NCBI RefSeq assembly: GCF_006345805.1
Contig: NC_043005.1
Location: 73,966,001-74,030,000, forward strand
Source of the DNA: Octopus sinensis
Taxonomy: Eukaryota
Reading direction: 5' to 3'
DNA length: 64,000 bases
Under the pieces are notes generated by a model that ran no database searches, was not told the origin of the DNA, and was given only the letters and a program-made list of their open reading frames with translations. Positions 35,041 through 48,195 of this stretch are shown here, in pieces. Position 1 is the first letter of the stretch. Each line of letters begins with the position of its first letter. The position numbers and the translations under genes were made by a program.

Positions 35041-36088
35041 TGCTCATTTATTTCGAGTCCCTAGTGCTTATTTATTGACCGCGGAAAATGAAAGCCAAAG
35101 TTGACTTGCGTAGAATTTGAACTCAGAATAAAAAGGATCATAACTAAATACTGCAAGATTTCTTTGTGTGGTGCCTTACTGGTTCTATTACTCCATGATA
35201 CAACTGATGAATACTGAAACATTTTGAACTAAGAGAAGAGGTTATGAGATACGATGTAGAAGAAATAATAAGAAAGAGAGCACGAGAGAGAGAAGAAAAG
35301 ATAGCTAGGTGTGTTTTGGTTATTTATCAGCAAAATTCCATCTTTGATAAAGAAACTAACTCGTGTACTTCAGTGACGGTCCTAACGATGGAACGATTTA
35401 ATTAAAATGTAATCTAAACGGCATAAAAATCACGCCTACGAACAAACATACGTATTCACACCCACTTCTGTGCATATACAGATACGTATAAATAGACAAA
35501 CCAGCGCAAAAGAAATGTGTGTAATTTGCAGTTAGACTTTGTGCAATGGACTGTACACAAGGCGAGAGTGGTTGTGAGAATGAAGTGCTGAAATTATTCG
35601 GTGAATTATTCCGAAAAAAAGCGAGCAAAATAGTGAATATGCACTTGGTTTTTAAGCCGATTCAATGATGTATGCAAAATAATAACGGCCTATTGTCAAT
35701 TTTGTTACATCGATAAAAGGTTCGGTCAAAGACTGTCTTCGTTCTCTTGCACTAGATCATACAAATAAACGCAATACCAACAGAAAGATATATAGATCTT
35801 GAAACAGGAAAAAAAAGCAAAATAAAAGAGAGAAAAGGGGGGGATTTGGGTAATAAATGGATATACTGCATCAATGAGTATTATTTTCGTGCACATATTG
35901 TTCAACGCCTACACAAATTGATAAAGTGTGTTCAACTTTCTCTCGATGCCAATAAACACAGCTATATTGCCCGAAACCCACACATTCATCTCTTGAAAAT
36001 TATTAGCCTATTTCACACACACGCGCGCGCATGCATGCCCACAGAGCTCCGATCTGAGAGGATACTTGTCATGGTATTTAAGAGAAGT

Positions 36089-36307
36089 AAGGCGGCGAGC
36101 TGGCAGAAACGTTACCACGCCGGGCGAAATGCGTAGTCGTATTTCGTCTGCCGTTACGTTCTGAGTTCAAATTCCGCCGAGGTCGACTTTGCCTTTCATC
36201 CTTTCGGGGTCGATTAAATAAATACCAGTTACGCACTGGAGTCAATATAATCGACTTAATCCGTTTGTCTGTCCTTGCTCGTTCCCTCTGTGGGTAGTAA
36301 AGAAATA
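36089..36307 (+). mobile_element. SINE family B monomer with 16-bp TSD
   Basis: TSD GGTATTTAAGAGAAGT at 36073-36088 and 36308-36323. Confidence 0.92.
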
Positions 36308-37229
36308 GGTATTTAAGAGAAGTCAGTCATTGTTTAAAAAATAATGTCGAACTACAGAAAGTAACTTATATTAAAAGTTGTACACATAATTAATTGTGTC
36401 TATTTATTTGTACGGCACAGTGAAATATGTAATAGGCGTATCAATGAAAACTTTTCACAACATCCTTGAAATAAGGTAGATTGGTATTTGACGGATTTAA
36501 ATTGACCTCACACCCAGCTCTACAGAAATATAATTCTAGAAACTCGAAACAACTTGCTAGTGCAAATTCAGTGAGTCTAAAAACTCCGCATGCAGAATAC
36601 CGGTAGATTTCAGGGGTCATCATGAGAGAATGCGCACCGTTTCGAGGCCTTCTTCTCGACAGTTTCACAACGCGCCGGCTCCCACCTATTGTTTTAACTG
36701 ACTAGTATTCCACCTCAAGTTCATTGCGGGATCATCACCCCCTCCAGTCAGGTTTCATCATTCTATTTCAGTTATGACTGGTCCTCTCAACTGGTGGTTA
36801 ATGGGGATAGATCTCTTTTCATAATTGAGAATCCTACCATTTCGATCGAAATCCTTACTCTGCCCATACACATTCTATAAGTTTTGTGATTCTTGATGAG
36901 ACATTGATATTTTTACAGTTATACCAAGGGACGCTTTGACTTTCTACCCCGATGCATATATACACATATACAAGTGTTCATTCAAGCGCATACATCTTGA
37001 ATATAAAAATGAATTGACTTGTTAATCTCCGACACACACACTCAATAAACAAATATATGAAAGTAAGTGAACCGTAGCGGAGAAACTAAATAACTTGTAC
37101 TACGCATCCGTCTTAAAGATGAATAACGATATCGATTTTTTAATACAAGATCAGTAATACGGCGTGGGACACAGTCGAGTGATTGCACCACCTTTTTTAT
37201 GTCTGGTACTATTTTTAGATTCTGGTAAT

Positions 37230-37604
37230 ATTCTAATTTTGGCAAAAGATCAGCAATTTCGAGTGGGAGGTAAGTCGATTACATTGACACCGATGTTCTC
37301 GAAAGGATGAAAGTCAAAATCGACCTCGATGGAATTTGAACTCAGAACGTAAAAGAGCCAGAAGAATTCCCTATTCCTTTACTATCCACAAGGGGCTAAA
37401 CACAGAGAGGACAAGCAAGGACAGACAAACGGATTAAGTCAATTATATCGACCCCAGTGCGTAACTGGTACTTATTTAATTGACCCCGAAAGGATGAAAG
37501 GCAAAGTCGACTCGGCAGAATTTGAACTCTGAACGTAGTGGCAGATGAAATACCGCTGAGTATTTCGCCCGGTGTGCTAACGTTTCTTCCAGCTCGCCGC
37601 CTTT
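37230..37604 (-). mobile_element. SINE family B dimer (Tx1-tailed unit inside an alternative-tail host)
   Basis: The junction at ~37370 lies at the position equivalent to GTATTTCGTC, but in a variant host (GAATTCTTCTGGCTCTTT). Confidence 0.82.
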
Positions 37605-38026
37605 AGATTCCAGTAATGTGAAAGACAACGCTAATCTTAATAGGAATTCGTCTCAAAACGTAGACCTACAAGTGGAGAAAAGGTGAATGTTGGTCAGAAC
37701 CATTATTGCGAATTTCATCCGGACATGCAAGTGATTGGAAACGATCTCGAAATAGCCAGTCAGAGTTGGTAAAATACATCAATAAAGCGATGTACTACCT
37801 TGACAATGATCATGTAATCAGGTTGGAGCACGTGAGCTTTCAGCTGTTGTTGTTATTGTTGTTGGTTACTCTAAGTATCTCTAACAAAACAGAATTATAG
37901 ACAAACACATTGAAGACACGGCCATCTCTTTCTCTCGGACGAAGTGGTCATTGTGTATCTGAAATTTGCCTGTGTCCTTTCCCATTCAAGATGATAGCGT
38001 GTCGCTTGAGTTCAGCTGAGCTGTTA

Positions 38027-38264
38027 TTTCTTATTTCTTTATTGCCCATAGAGGACTAAACATAGAGGGGACAAACAAGGACAGACAAACGGATTAAGGC
38101 GATTACATCGACCCCAGTGTGTAACTGGTACTTAATTTATCGATCCCGAAAGGATGAAAGGCAAAGTCGACCTCGGCGGAATTTGAACTCAGAACGCAGC
38201 GGCGGACGAAATACCACAAAGCATTTCGCCCGGTGTGCTAACGTTTCTGCCAGCTCACCGCCTT
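38027..38264 (-). mobile_element. SINE family B monomer with TSD
   Basis: TSD CAGCTGAGCTGTTA at 38013-38026 and 38272-38285. Confidence 0.9.
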
Positions 38265-38599
38265 AAAATAACAGCTGAGCTGTTACTTCTGGCAGCTCAG
38301 ACACCCACGTAGAGGTTTTTTTCTCATCGGTTTGTTACAAACACTTTAGATCAAAAAATGTCTCTTGAAACGAAGGTGATAGTGAGAAACGTCTCGGACT
38401 TGGGTAACGGCTGCCCTGACATTAAACGAGGATTCAGTTTTTCAAATATTCTCAACACATTGAATTGGGAACGCATTAATCTCGATTGTTAAAATCTTGA
38501 GGTTGTCGGAGATTATCCTAATTTGCCCTTCGTAGCTATCCTGTTTCTTTTATATTATTTTTATATTATTTGCCTTTTGATATCATTTTTTTAATGTAG

Positions 38600-38912
38600 A
38601 AGGTGCGTGGCTTAGTGATTATAGGTATTCGGCTCACAGTCGTGAGTTCAATTCCCTGAGACGCGTTGCATCCTTGAGCAAGATATTTTATTTCATATTG
38701 TTCCAGTCCACTTGGCTGGCAAAAATGAGTAGTACCTGTATTTCAAAGGGTCACCCTTGTCACACTCTGTGTCATGTGATTCTCCCTAAGACCTACGTTA
38801 AGAGAACACGTGTTTGTGGGGTGCTCAGCCACTTGCACGTTAATTTCACGAGCAGGCTGGTCCGTTGATCGGATCAACTGGAACTTCGTCGTCGTAACCG
38901 ACGGAGTACCAG
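38600..38912 (+). mobile_element. SINE with CORE-like head H2 and tail T2
   Basis: CCTTGAGCAAGATATTTTATTTCA..CCAGTCCACTTGGCTGGCAAAAATGAGT, followed by the same tail as 57278-57500. Confidence 0.8.
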
Positions 38913-39223
38913 TTTAGTATAATCTATAGTTATGAAACTGTTTGACAATTTTTTTGTGGATGGGGGAGGAATGTTATCTTTTTATGTCATTCCTTCGGGT
39001 TTTATTTTACAAGCCCTGGGATTCTTAAGACCGTCATAAGTCACCGAGATCACAACAAAATAAAAATCTTTAATATAATGAAACAATTTTGTTTCAGAAA
39101 TTTATGTATCAAAAACGAAAGACGATTTATAAATTGTGAAACTTCCATGGACCCGGTTGTGCACAAGCACACCCACTGATACAAACAAATATAAAGGCAA
39201 AGCACTTCTATACCATCATTTAT

Positions 39224-39398
39224 AGGTGCAGGAGTGGCTGTGTGGTAAGTAGTTTGTTTACCAACCACATGGTTCCGGCTTCAGTCCCACTGCATGGCAT
39301 CTTAAGCAAGTGTCTTCTACTATAGCCTCGGGCCGACCAAACTTTGTGAGTGGATTTGGTAGACGGAAACTGAAAGAAGCCCGTCGTATATATGTATG

Positions 39399-39429
<31 letters not shown>

Positions 39430-39635
39430 ATACGTTTGTGTGTCTGTGCTTGTCCCCCCAACATCGCTTGACAACCGATGCTGGTGTGTTTACGTCCCCG
39501 TAACTTAGCGGTTCGGCAAAAGAGACCGATACAATAAGTACTGGGCCTATAAAGAATAAGACCTGATTTGGTTCGACTAAAGGCGGTGCTCCAGCATGGC
39601 CACAGTCAAATGACTGAAACGAGTAAAAGAGTAAA
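39224..39635 (+). mobile_element. SINE family A
   Basis: Full-length copy. Confidence 0.92.
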
Positions 39636-39844
39636 CCACAAACAGACACACAATCTCATTCATATTCGCTGAATTGGAACCGATTCATATTATAGATTTA
39701 ACGAACAGTTGTAATTAACCTTCCAAGACGGCCAGCATTTCTGATGAGTTGTCAATACTGATGAGTGCAATAGTTGGTGCGAAACCGACAGCAATATTCT
39801 GACCAATTGTGTGACATAATCAGTCATACACTGCTCGATGATGT

Positions 39845-40146
39845 ACATATATCGCCTGATCGACCAGACTAACGGATGGTGTTATACATCGCTGGTCACA
39901 ATGTGCTTTGCACTGTTTTAGCTTTCGAACGATGCCACCCCGCTTGCCAGGCGACCAAGTCACCTTTCCTCCCCTGAATGGAAGACTATTCTATCGCAGG
40001 GTTACCCTTTTACAGCTGAGTGGACTGGAGCAACCTGAAATGAAGTGTTTTGCTCAAGAATGCAAAACACCGCCTGGTCCGGGAATCGAAACCACGATAG
40101 CTGGTGCTTGAGTGCAATATCCTAACCACTGAGCCATGCGCCTTCA
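39845..40146 (-). mobile_element. SINE with CORE-like head H2 and tail T3
   Basis: Minus strand GGCGCATGGCTCAGTGGTTAGG...CTTGAGCAAAACACTTCATTTC...GCGGGGTGGCATCGTTCGAAAGCTAAAACA...CATTGTGACCAGCGATGTAT. Confidence 0.8.
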
Positions 40147-42034
40147 CACACACATGCATACACACACAGATACACATAAACAGCGTGCTCGTGTGCACAG
40201 AAAACGGTTCAAGACGTTAATGACCTGGCCTAAGCTATGTTTGCAGTAATCATATTCACGGAATGTCAACGACCTGCCAAGGGTTCAGTAACTAGGCTTC
40301 TGAAAATATTTACTTTAAGAGATCCAACAATAAACTAGACACAACCGAAATTCCTTGTTTTGAGTGAGTTGGATAACAGCCTACAATTTTATTCTTCCTA
40401 CTAAGCCAGGCCAGGCCTTACCAACCATTTGCGGAGATTACAAAAAGCATTAACCATAAGAGTAAACAAAGTCAGAATCCATTACTACTGGGAATATTTC
40501 TGCACATTTCATAGCTAATCTTTGAAAAGCCACAAATCGTTATATAGGATTATGTATCTGTGGAAGTTTCTAGGAAAATTTCCCCGGGGTTTTGGCACAG
40601 AAAAGAGGAAAAACAAGAAGAATGGAAAATATTGTCAGATCTCAACCCTTCTTTTCTCAAACTCTAACATTAGAAAAATGTGTAACTGTAGTTTGGAATT
40701 TAAACTGCTCTTCAAGAGTTTTATAAAACGTGGCTCTTGTTTATCTTGAGACTTTTAAGAAGTATTGAGATGAATTTCCTTCTGACATACTTGATCACCA
40801 GTAAAGAGGTTGTACCGAGACCAATTTCTGTTATGGGATATTGAAACCGATCAGCTTTTTATGGTCATCTTACCTATCATGTGAATTTTGAAAATTGGTC
40901 GAGTATTGCACGTGATATGGCTCGAAGATCCAATCACATTGCACGTAATACATTCTCAAATATATTTCTTTATTCATCTATAAAAAGGTTTACATAGAAG
41001 GGACGTTACAAGGGACATGTAGGTTACAGACACGCTTCTTATATACACGATGGAACGACAGATAGAATACATTCTCAAATAACTCATCTGAATGTGAGCT
41101 GGAGTCTACCTTCCTTCCATAAATAGGTATATCAAACCATCTATGAGCAGAGAGGTGAGCGATTTTCATGAAGGCGAGTGATGTTATCTTCCTGCGTCAT
41201 TCACCAATACAAAATTAATATAATGGAGCATATATAACCAACGAAAATCCGAGCTGAATTGTCCAAACGATGAATGAACTATACAACCACCAGAATTCGT
41301 GATGTTTTATTTGGTTCACTGTACAATTTAACGGAGAAATAAAGTCTCGTTGTTATTTTTAAAGTTCGTTTCTCGTATTATTTCCCTGAGTGAACGCCCA
41401 ACATATATTATATAATAGCATAAACCGACTTTATACCACACTGTTAAAAGATTATAACCCGGGCAAGGTAGCTTCCGCCAAATCATTAACCTACTAACTA
41501 GAGATGATACGAATACTGGAACAAAATTAACCCCAGGATATGCACATAGGTGATACAACAGTCCCAGAGCATTCAAATCTGTTAATGCTTCAATTTCAGA
41601 CCACGATGGCTAAAACAGACTGAAGAACAGGCATCGATGCATACAAATATACTTTTAAACCATAAAGCGCTGGGATTTGCAGTTACATAGCATTGACTGC
41701 TGAGCACATTTAATGAAAATGAGACTACCATGCACACATAAAAGACAAAATAATTGTTAAAATATCTTCTTAGTAAATAACGGTGATAAGTTTTACATCA
41801 TCTGAAAAGTCATTAGTTGAACTATTAGTCCTCTTGCATTCTGGAGTGTATCGCAGCGTTTGAGTGACATTAGACCCCAACAAACGCCCATAAATTAAAT
41901 GCATCTATCTGGGCTACGATCGTGGCCTGTCGACCTGAGCCTGACTGCCACGATCATGGCCCGTCGCGCTTTGTGTGTTAAACATTTCGTTACAAACATT
42001 ACAGTCAGTATTTCAGCATATAATACATAGATAC

Positions 42035-42250
42035 AAGGCGGCGAGCTGGCAGAAACGTTAGCACGCCGGGCGAAATGCGTGGCCGTGTTTCGCCTGCCGT
42101 TACGTTCTGAGTTCAAATTCTGCCGAGGTCGGCTTTGCCTTTCATCCTTTCGGGGTCGATAAATTAAATACCAGTTACGCACTGGGGTCGATGTAATCGA
42201 CTTAATGCGTTTGTCTCTTCTGTGTTTAGCCCCCTGTGGGTAGTAAAGAA
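42035..42250 (+). mobile_element. SINE family B monomer
   Basis: TSD-like ATATAATACATAG on both sides. Confidence 0.88.
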
Positions 42251-42327
42251 ATATATAATACATAGCTACCTCTACTTGAACGGGCATGGACAGACAACCG
42301 TCATAAAGTTGGGAAAATATAATAACG

Positions 42328-42500
42328 GTTTCAAATCTTGGCATAAGACCAGCTTTTAAGGAAGGCAGGTACTTGATTACATCGGCTCTGAAAGGATGAG
42401 AGGTAAAGTCTATCTCGACGGCATTTGAACTCAGAATGAAAACTGCAAGAAATGCCGCTAAAATTTTTGTCCAACCCACTAACGATTCTAGCTGCTCACC
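42328..42500 (-). mobile_element. Diverged SINE family B, alternative tail
   Basis: GGTTTCAAATCTTGGCATAAG...GAAAGGATGAGAGGTAAAGTC...TTTGAACTCAGAA. Confidence 0.7.
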
Positions 42501-42554
42501 ATCTTAGAAAGATTTAATAACAAACAATAGGAGAATATGAAGAGAATGCAAATA

Positions 42555-42560
42555 TTTATT
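42555..42560 (-). promoter_or_regulatory. Candidate polyadenylation signal of the mucin-like gene
   Basis: AATAAA on the minus strand ~110 nt after the stop codon, in an AT-rich 3' UTR. Confidence 0.55.
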
Positions 42561-42668
42561 AATTATTTACTTAAATCAACATGTTACAAATATAATTTTT
42601 CCGTTAAAAATATAGATTCTTCTGACAATATTGTGTTCACGTTAGTACAGCTGTGTTGTTGTTGACCT

Positions 42669-42751
42669 CTACATAGGTTCACTTCCGGTGCAAACATTGC
42701 AAGCACAGGAAACAATGCGACTGAAGTTATGTCGGTGAGTTTTGCCATTTG
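42669..42751 (-). CDS. Gel-forming mucin-like protein, last coding exon (C-terminal half of cystine knot)
   Basis: Polypyrimidine tract + CAATAG acceptor, phase 1. Encodes (A)NGKTHRHNFSRIVSCACNVCTGSEPM*, which supplies the CxC..C of the knot. Confidence 0.9.
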
Positions 42752-43168
42752 CTATTGAAAAAGGAAAAAAACAAAAACGAGATAAATACATTTGTAGAAA
42801 ATGAAAAAGGTAAACATGGCATCGAGCTAAGAAGCTTGCTTCCCAACCACATGGTTCTGGTTTCAATTTCACTGTATGATACCTTGGGTGATTTGTGAGT
42901 ATGTAAGGCATGCAACCGATTGGACACAAGAACGACAACTGCAAATCATTATTGTTGCCTTTTGGTAAAGAAATAGCTTCATACAAGAAGAATATGTTTG
43001 TTTATGATTAAATGATAGATAATGAATAAAGCTAGAACCAGGTCTAAAATCTAAGGCACCAAAGAACCTTTATTTAATGTGTTCCCCAGTGTTATCACAG
43101 ATTATGCAACAGATAGAAAACCAGGGGTTTCTAACTGCACGAAATTAGATTTTCATTTTCATTTACAT

Positions 43169-43420
43169 CAGTGGTTCTTAAGTGAGATTCATATGGCCCT
43201 TGGGGTCCCATATAAGATTTTGTTGTTAAAATTTACTTATACTTCTACAAAACACAAAATATTTAAATTATTAATTATTTTTTATACAATTTCTAATAAT
43301 ATTTAATTATAAAAATATGATAATAAGATTTTTTAAATATATTAAATGGCTATGGAGGCCCAGTAGAGTAAAAAAAGAATCAATGGGATCCATAGGTAAA
43401 ACAATGGTTGAGAACCACTG
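43169..43420. mobile_element. hAT-type MITE
   Basis: TIRs CAGTGGTTCT / AGAACCACTG with a perfect 8-bp TSD, ATTTACAT. Confidence 0.9.
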
Positions 43421-44172
43421 ATTTACATGGAACATAGAATTCAATAGTCAGTAACAAAATTGCTTCCTGTTTCTGGTAGATTTTACAATAATTAATGATA
43501 GACATTTGGAATAGAGATAAGCTCCCAATCAGGTAGAAACATGATCCAGTTTTGATTCATTCTTCGAATCATTTCATTTCAAAATCACTGCTAATACTTT
43601 TGGAAAGGCCATTGGGTAACAAAACATATACCTTCTTCTCCAATTTAATATCCTGAGCCAATTTTGACTGAAATCAATAATTGAAATGCTGGATAGATCT
43701 ATACATTGCTCACTTAGCACAAACTTTAAATATTTATTTTTATAAATGGATTGTATATTAAATTGTATATGGCTTTCAGGTCCTTTCAGATTCAGGTGTG
43801 AATCTGTCAGTGCTTCAATTTAGTTATGCTAATATTCAATTGAAGTCTAATCTGCTTACTTAAAAAGAGGAAACTAAGTGCTGATGCCTTTTCTAATGTG
43901 ATATGAAAAGTGAAACAAAAAATATTATTTGCCTATGTGGTTAAGAAACTTGCTTCCCAACCATGTGATCCCAAGTTCAATCCAACTGCACAACACCTCA
44001 GGCAAGTGTCCTCTACTATGGTCCCAGGCCAATTAAAACTTTGTAAGTGAATTTGATAGATGGAAACTGAAGAAAGTTCTTTGTATATGTCTATCCTGCA
44101 TGATGTGGTAATGAGGCAATAACCAGGGTTATAATTATCCCCTCAATTTATATATATGGATGTATGCATGTA

Positions 44173-45095
44173 TTGTGTCATCCCATAAATAATGCATCTT
44201 TTTTTTTCAATCGCATGAACTAAAAGTCAGACAGGGGACAGGATAAACTATCTGGATCAACTTGCTATAAAAGCAGGTAGTAATTTTACTTTATGCTTAT
44301 TCTTAGTGCAAGTTCTGAAGAGTGCAGTTCAATTTTAACAGTTATTTTTTCAAAGCTATAATGGAAGTGACAAAGGAGCATATTCGGCATATTTTGCTTT
44401 ATGAGTTCAATGAAGGCAACAACACAATGGAAAGTGCAAGGAATATTAATGCAGTACATGGGGATCGGACAATAAGCATAAGCCAGTGTCAACAGTGGTT
44501 CCAGAAATTCCAAGCCAGGAACTACAGCCTAGAAAACAAGCCTCATCTTGGAAGATCTGCAGAGCTCAACAAAGACATCCTGCAAACCCTGGTCAAAATC
44601 CCATCGTAAGTGTTGAGGAACTAACAGAGAAACTTGGATTTGGTCATTCAACCATTCATCAATACCTGCATGGCATCAGTAAAGTCAGCAAATTAGGTTA
44701 ATGGGTTCCTCACAAATTTTCCAAGTCTAATCACATGGCCACATACAGTGAGGATGATATTCCAAAGGCTGGAGCAGTTTGAATGGGAAATGATGCCCCA
44801 CCCACCATATTCACTGGACATTGCCTCATCTGATTACAATTTACTTCAGTCTTCAAAATCATTTGGACAGAAAAAATATGAATTCTGTAGACGAGGTCAG
44901 AACAGTACTGGAGGAATATTTTCTGTCACGAACAAGTGAATTTTGGAAGAGGGGCCTTGCAAGTCTACCAGATAGATGGAAGAACTTTGTAGAAAATGAA
45001 GGAGAGTATATTTTAGATTACAAAGAACTCTGTTTATCTTAATTTTGAAAGATAAAAGAAATATTAAAAAAGGCATTATTTATGGGCTCACCCAA
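44173..45095 (+). mobile_element. Internally deleted mariner transposon (in the last mucin intron)
   Basis: TA-flanked TIRs TTGTGTCATCCCATAAATAATGC / GCATTATTTATGGGCTCACCCAA. Transposase pieces MEVTKEHIRHILLYEF...QWFQKF and PHPPYSLDIASSDY. Confidence 0.9.
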
Positions 45096-45451
45096 TATAT
45101 GTGAGTGTTTGTGTGTACCCTTGTCTTGACATCACATGATTGTAAAGGAGCATCATTATCATACTAGTGATGGTGTTTGTTTCTAGTCTTCTGTGAGGAA
45201 ATAGTACCTCACATGGAAACAGTGGAGGGTTGGTAACAGGGAGAGCATCCTGCTGTAGAAAGCCTGCAATAACAGATTCCATCTGACCCAAGCAAGCATA
45301 GACAAGTGGATGTTAAACAATGGTGATGATAATGGTGGTGGTGATGATGATGGTGGTGGTGTTGATAGTGATGATGGTGATGGTGATGATGATGATGGTG
45401 GTGGTGAGGAGGAGGAGGCTGTTTTCATTCGATAAACCCAAATATACGTAC

Positions 45452-45658
45452 CGCACGTCACCATCACAGAGTCTTGTCTAACTTCAGCAGGAGCACAGCA
45501 GCGACATACACTCTGTATGTTACCATCTTCCCTGGTGCGAGCATAAGAGTTACAAGATCCACGACATTCCATAACCTTAACTGGATGGATAGCTTCACAA
45601 CCCATAACTTTTAGTGTGATATTTACAGCAAATGGCTGGCACTGGTCTTTTGGAGCCT
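45452..45658 (-). CDS. Mucin-like protein exon: N-terminal part of C-terminal cystine knot (CTCK)
   Basis: TTTGCAG acceptor and G|GTACGT donor; 207 nt, phase 1-1. Encodes EAPKDQCQPFAVNITLKVMGCEAIHPVKVMECRGSCNSYARTREDGNIQSVCRCCAPAEVRQDSVMVTC. With the last exon this gives 11 Cys. Confidence 0.9.
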
Positions 45659-45760
45659 CTGCAAACAGAATAAGAACATCATGGATTAATAAGTGATTAA
45701 TGATGAGGCAAATGTAAATTAGAGATATATTTTTAGCCAAAATATTCTATTAATATAATT

Positions 45761-46160
45761 AGGCATAGCTGTGTGGTTAAGGGGGTTGATTTGCCACTAC
45801 ATCATTTGGGATTTAGTCCCACTATACAGCATCATGGACAAGTGTCTTCTACTATAACCCCAGGCCAATAAATGAGTTGTGAATGAATTTAGTGTACAAC
45901 AGTCTGTCGTGTGTGTGTGTATGTGTGTCTATATCTGTCTTTGTGTATGTCTGTATATGACTTTGTCTCTGTGTTCCTCCCCACCCATCTCTTGACAACC
46001 AGGGTTGGCTTATATCCCTGTAACTTAGCAGCCCAACAAGAGAAAATGATAGAATACCAGACTTAGAAATAAGTAGTGGAGTAGATTTGTTTGACTATAA
46101 ACCTTCGAGGCAGTGCCCCAGCATGGCCACAGTCCAATGACTGAAACAAGTAAAGAGTAA
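45761..46160 (+). mobile_element. Diverged SINE family A
   Basis: Head AGGCATAGCTGTGTGGTTAAG; tail ATGACTGAAACAAGTAAAGAG. Confidence 0.8.
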
Positions 46161-47149
46161 ATGATAATAAGAAAGGAAATAACATTTTAAGACATGTCAA
46201 TGCTCAAGATTTGTAAGACAGACTAACATATTTATTTGTGGATATTGCTCTGAAAGTAATAACATGAATGATATTTGATCTCGTATCAAGTCAATAATAA
46301 ATTCCAATCCTTATATAATACTACAGGTAGTGTGGTGATCAAAACTTAGATACATTTGTTGGCAGATATCAGCATAGATCAGCAAACAACCGTTTGCTGA
46401 AGTTATATACAAGAACATCAACTCTTGTTAGATCAATTAGTTTGGAGGTGTTTTTGACTGATGAGACACAATGATGTTGAAACACCAAGTGCCCTAGAAT
46501 CCTTTGTGCTAATGAATCAAGTGTATTTTGATCACGTATTCATCATAAAAGAGAAGTTGTCCTCCAGTGATGTAGAATATTGTTGTGATTTTAAATTTGA
46601 TTACGTGATTTTGATTGTCTCGATTGCTGTTGTATGCCTGCACTGCGACTGCGCGAAGTTCTGTTCTGTTTGCAGACGACATGTTCAGCATTGATTTTAG
46701 TTAGTCGAGAATGTAGAAACATGCTGCATAAAAATGTTATTGCGTTGAAGTTTGGTTTTGCTTACAACTTAACAATCTTTGTTTGTATTGCATATTGCTG
46801 TATTTTCAGTCGATTAAAACCTTTTAAACTTTGGGTTTATAACACACAGCAGCAATTAACATGTTCATGTTTGAATCTACCGGAACATAATAAAGAATGA
46901 ATATGTACGACATTGTCCTCATTCTCGCTGTTCACTGTGTATATCATGATATATTGTTAGTTGGCAAATATCAGCATGAATCAGTGAACATCAGCCCTTG
47001 TTAGATTCATAAGTCTGGTGGATGTTTTTGGCCAATGAGACAAAATGATGTGAAAACACTGGCAATCCTAAAATTGCTTGTTCTAATGAAGAAAGTATAT
47101 TATTAACATATAATATTAATAATAATAATGAAATTATTGTATACAGTGC

Positions 47150-47630
47150 TCAGGTGCACCACAACTTATCAAAAGTGCGTATAAAGTATATGCAGTAATG
47201 TACAAATGTCTGGAAAGCAAACAGTGTATGAGTCAGATACGTGCTTGTGTGTGTATGGAGGGGAGAAGATCAGGTGTAGTGTTGGCGAATCTCAGGAAGC
47301 ATGGAAGTTTTGAAGGATGCAGTGCTCCGACAACTAACAACTGATGCTGGCAGTTTGCTTCATGCTTCAGCAACTCTTAGTGTGAAAAAATGTTTCCGAA
47401 AGTCATGGGAGCTGTGCTGTTTTCTGACTTTGTAAATATGTCCACAGGTGTTAGACAGATGGAGTTTGAAAAGGTGCTCAGAATTATTATTTGTAAGATG
47501 GTTAATAATTTTATGGGTGTCTGCCAAGTCAGCTGCCAGACGTTGGAGTTTCAATGTATCCATGTCCAGGGAAGTAAGGCGTACATCCAAAGTAGTTGTT
47601 CTCCAGTGATAAAACAACAGTGATCATCAT
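47150..47630 (-). mobile_element. CR1-group LINE 3' fragment
   Basis: LKLQRLAADL...GHIYKVRK...RKHFFTLRVAEA(WNKL) matches the CR1 ORF2 C-terminal motif GH..K...R..FF..RV...WN.L. Confidence 0.75.
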
Positions 47631-47933
47631 ATTCATATCCAAATCTACAGGACATATAGAAAGTAAATATACAGGTCATTTGTTCCTTTAGTTTCAGTCG
47701 TATCCCACTAGTGGTATTTTGTATTTCCTCACTTAATCATCAATTTCCAAAAAATAAACCCATTTCCAACTATATTCACAATGAAATTATTATCCTTCAT
47801 ATTAATCAAGTTCCATAATCAATGTGTAAGCCCCAAATTTTGTTTGCTAATACTTGTCAATGCCTTAACATGACAGTACCCTAATCTCAAGCTATTTCTG
47901 TATTTTTGATATGCTACATCAATTACTTCTTAA

Positions 47934-48155
47934 CCCTTTCGTTACCAACCCAGCTGAAACTGGCTCTGACTCTGTAGTACAAATGTCTTGTTTTCATAAG
48001 TTCTGAATTAAAATCTTCCACCAAGCCTTAGTCACAATTTATGTTCCTAACACTAGCTTAATGTTGACTAAGTTATTTTACTAAATTCTTTGTTAGATTT
48101 TAAATTAATTGAAAGTAACAAAGAGTATCTCAAAATAAATATAGTAAGGAAAGGG
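47934..48155. mobile_element. piggyBac-type MITE
   Basis: TTAA|CCCTTTCGTTAC ... GTAAGGAAAGGG|TTAA. Confidence 0.85.
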
Positions 48156-48195
48156 TTAATGAGCTCCTGAGTAAATTACAGATTATTTAACTTAC

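Noticed and set aside
41895-42479. 194-aa ORF starting with a signal-peptide-like MGWTKILAAFLAVFILSS
   Set aside because: It reads through two SINE B copies and the junction between them. The same peptides recur in other SINE-derived ORFs in the window.
45183-45451. Apparent truncation of the cystine knot by exonised repeat sequence (ORF 45183-45740 continuing into SSSSPPP...)
   Set aside because: A phase-1 donor (G|GTACGT at 45451) splices to the exon at 42751-42669, which supplies the missing CxC..C. The run-on is intronic (CAT)n-tailed repeat.
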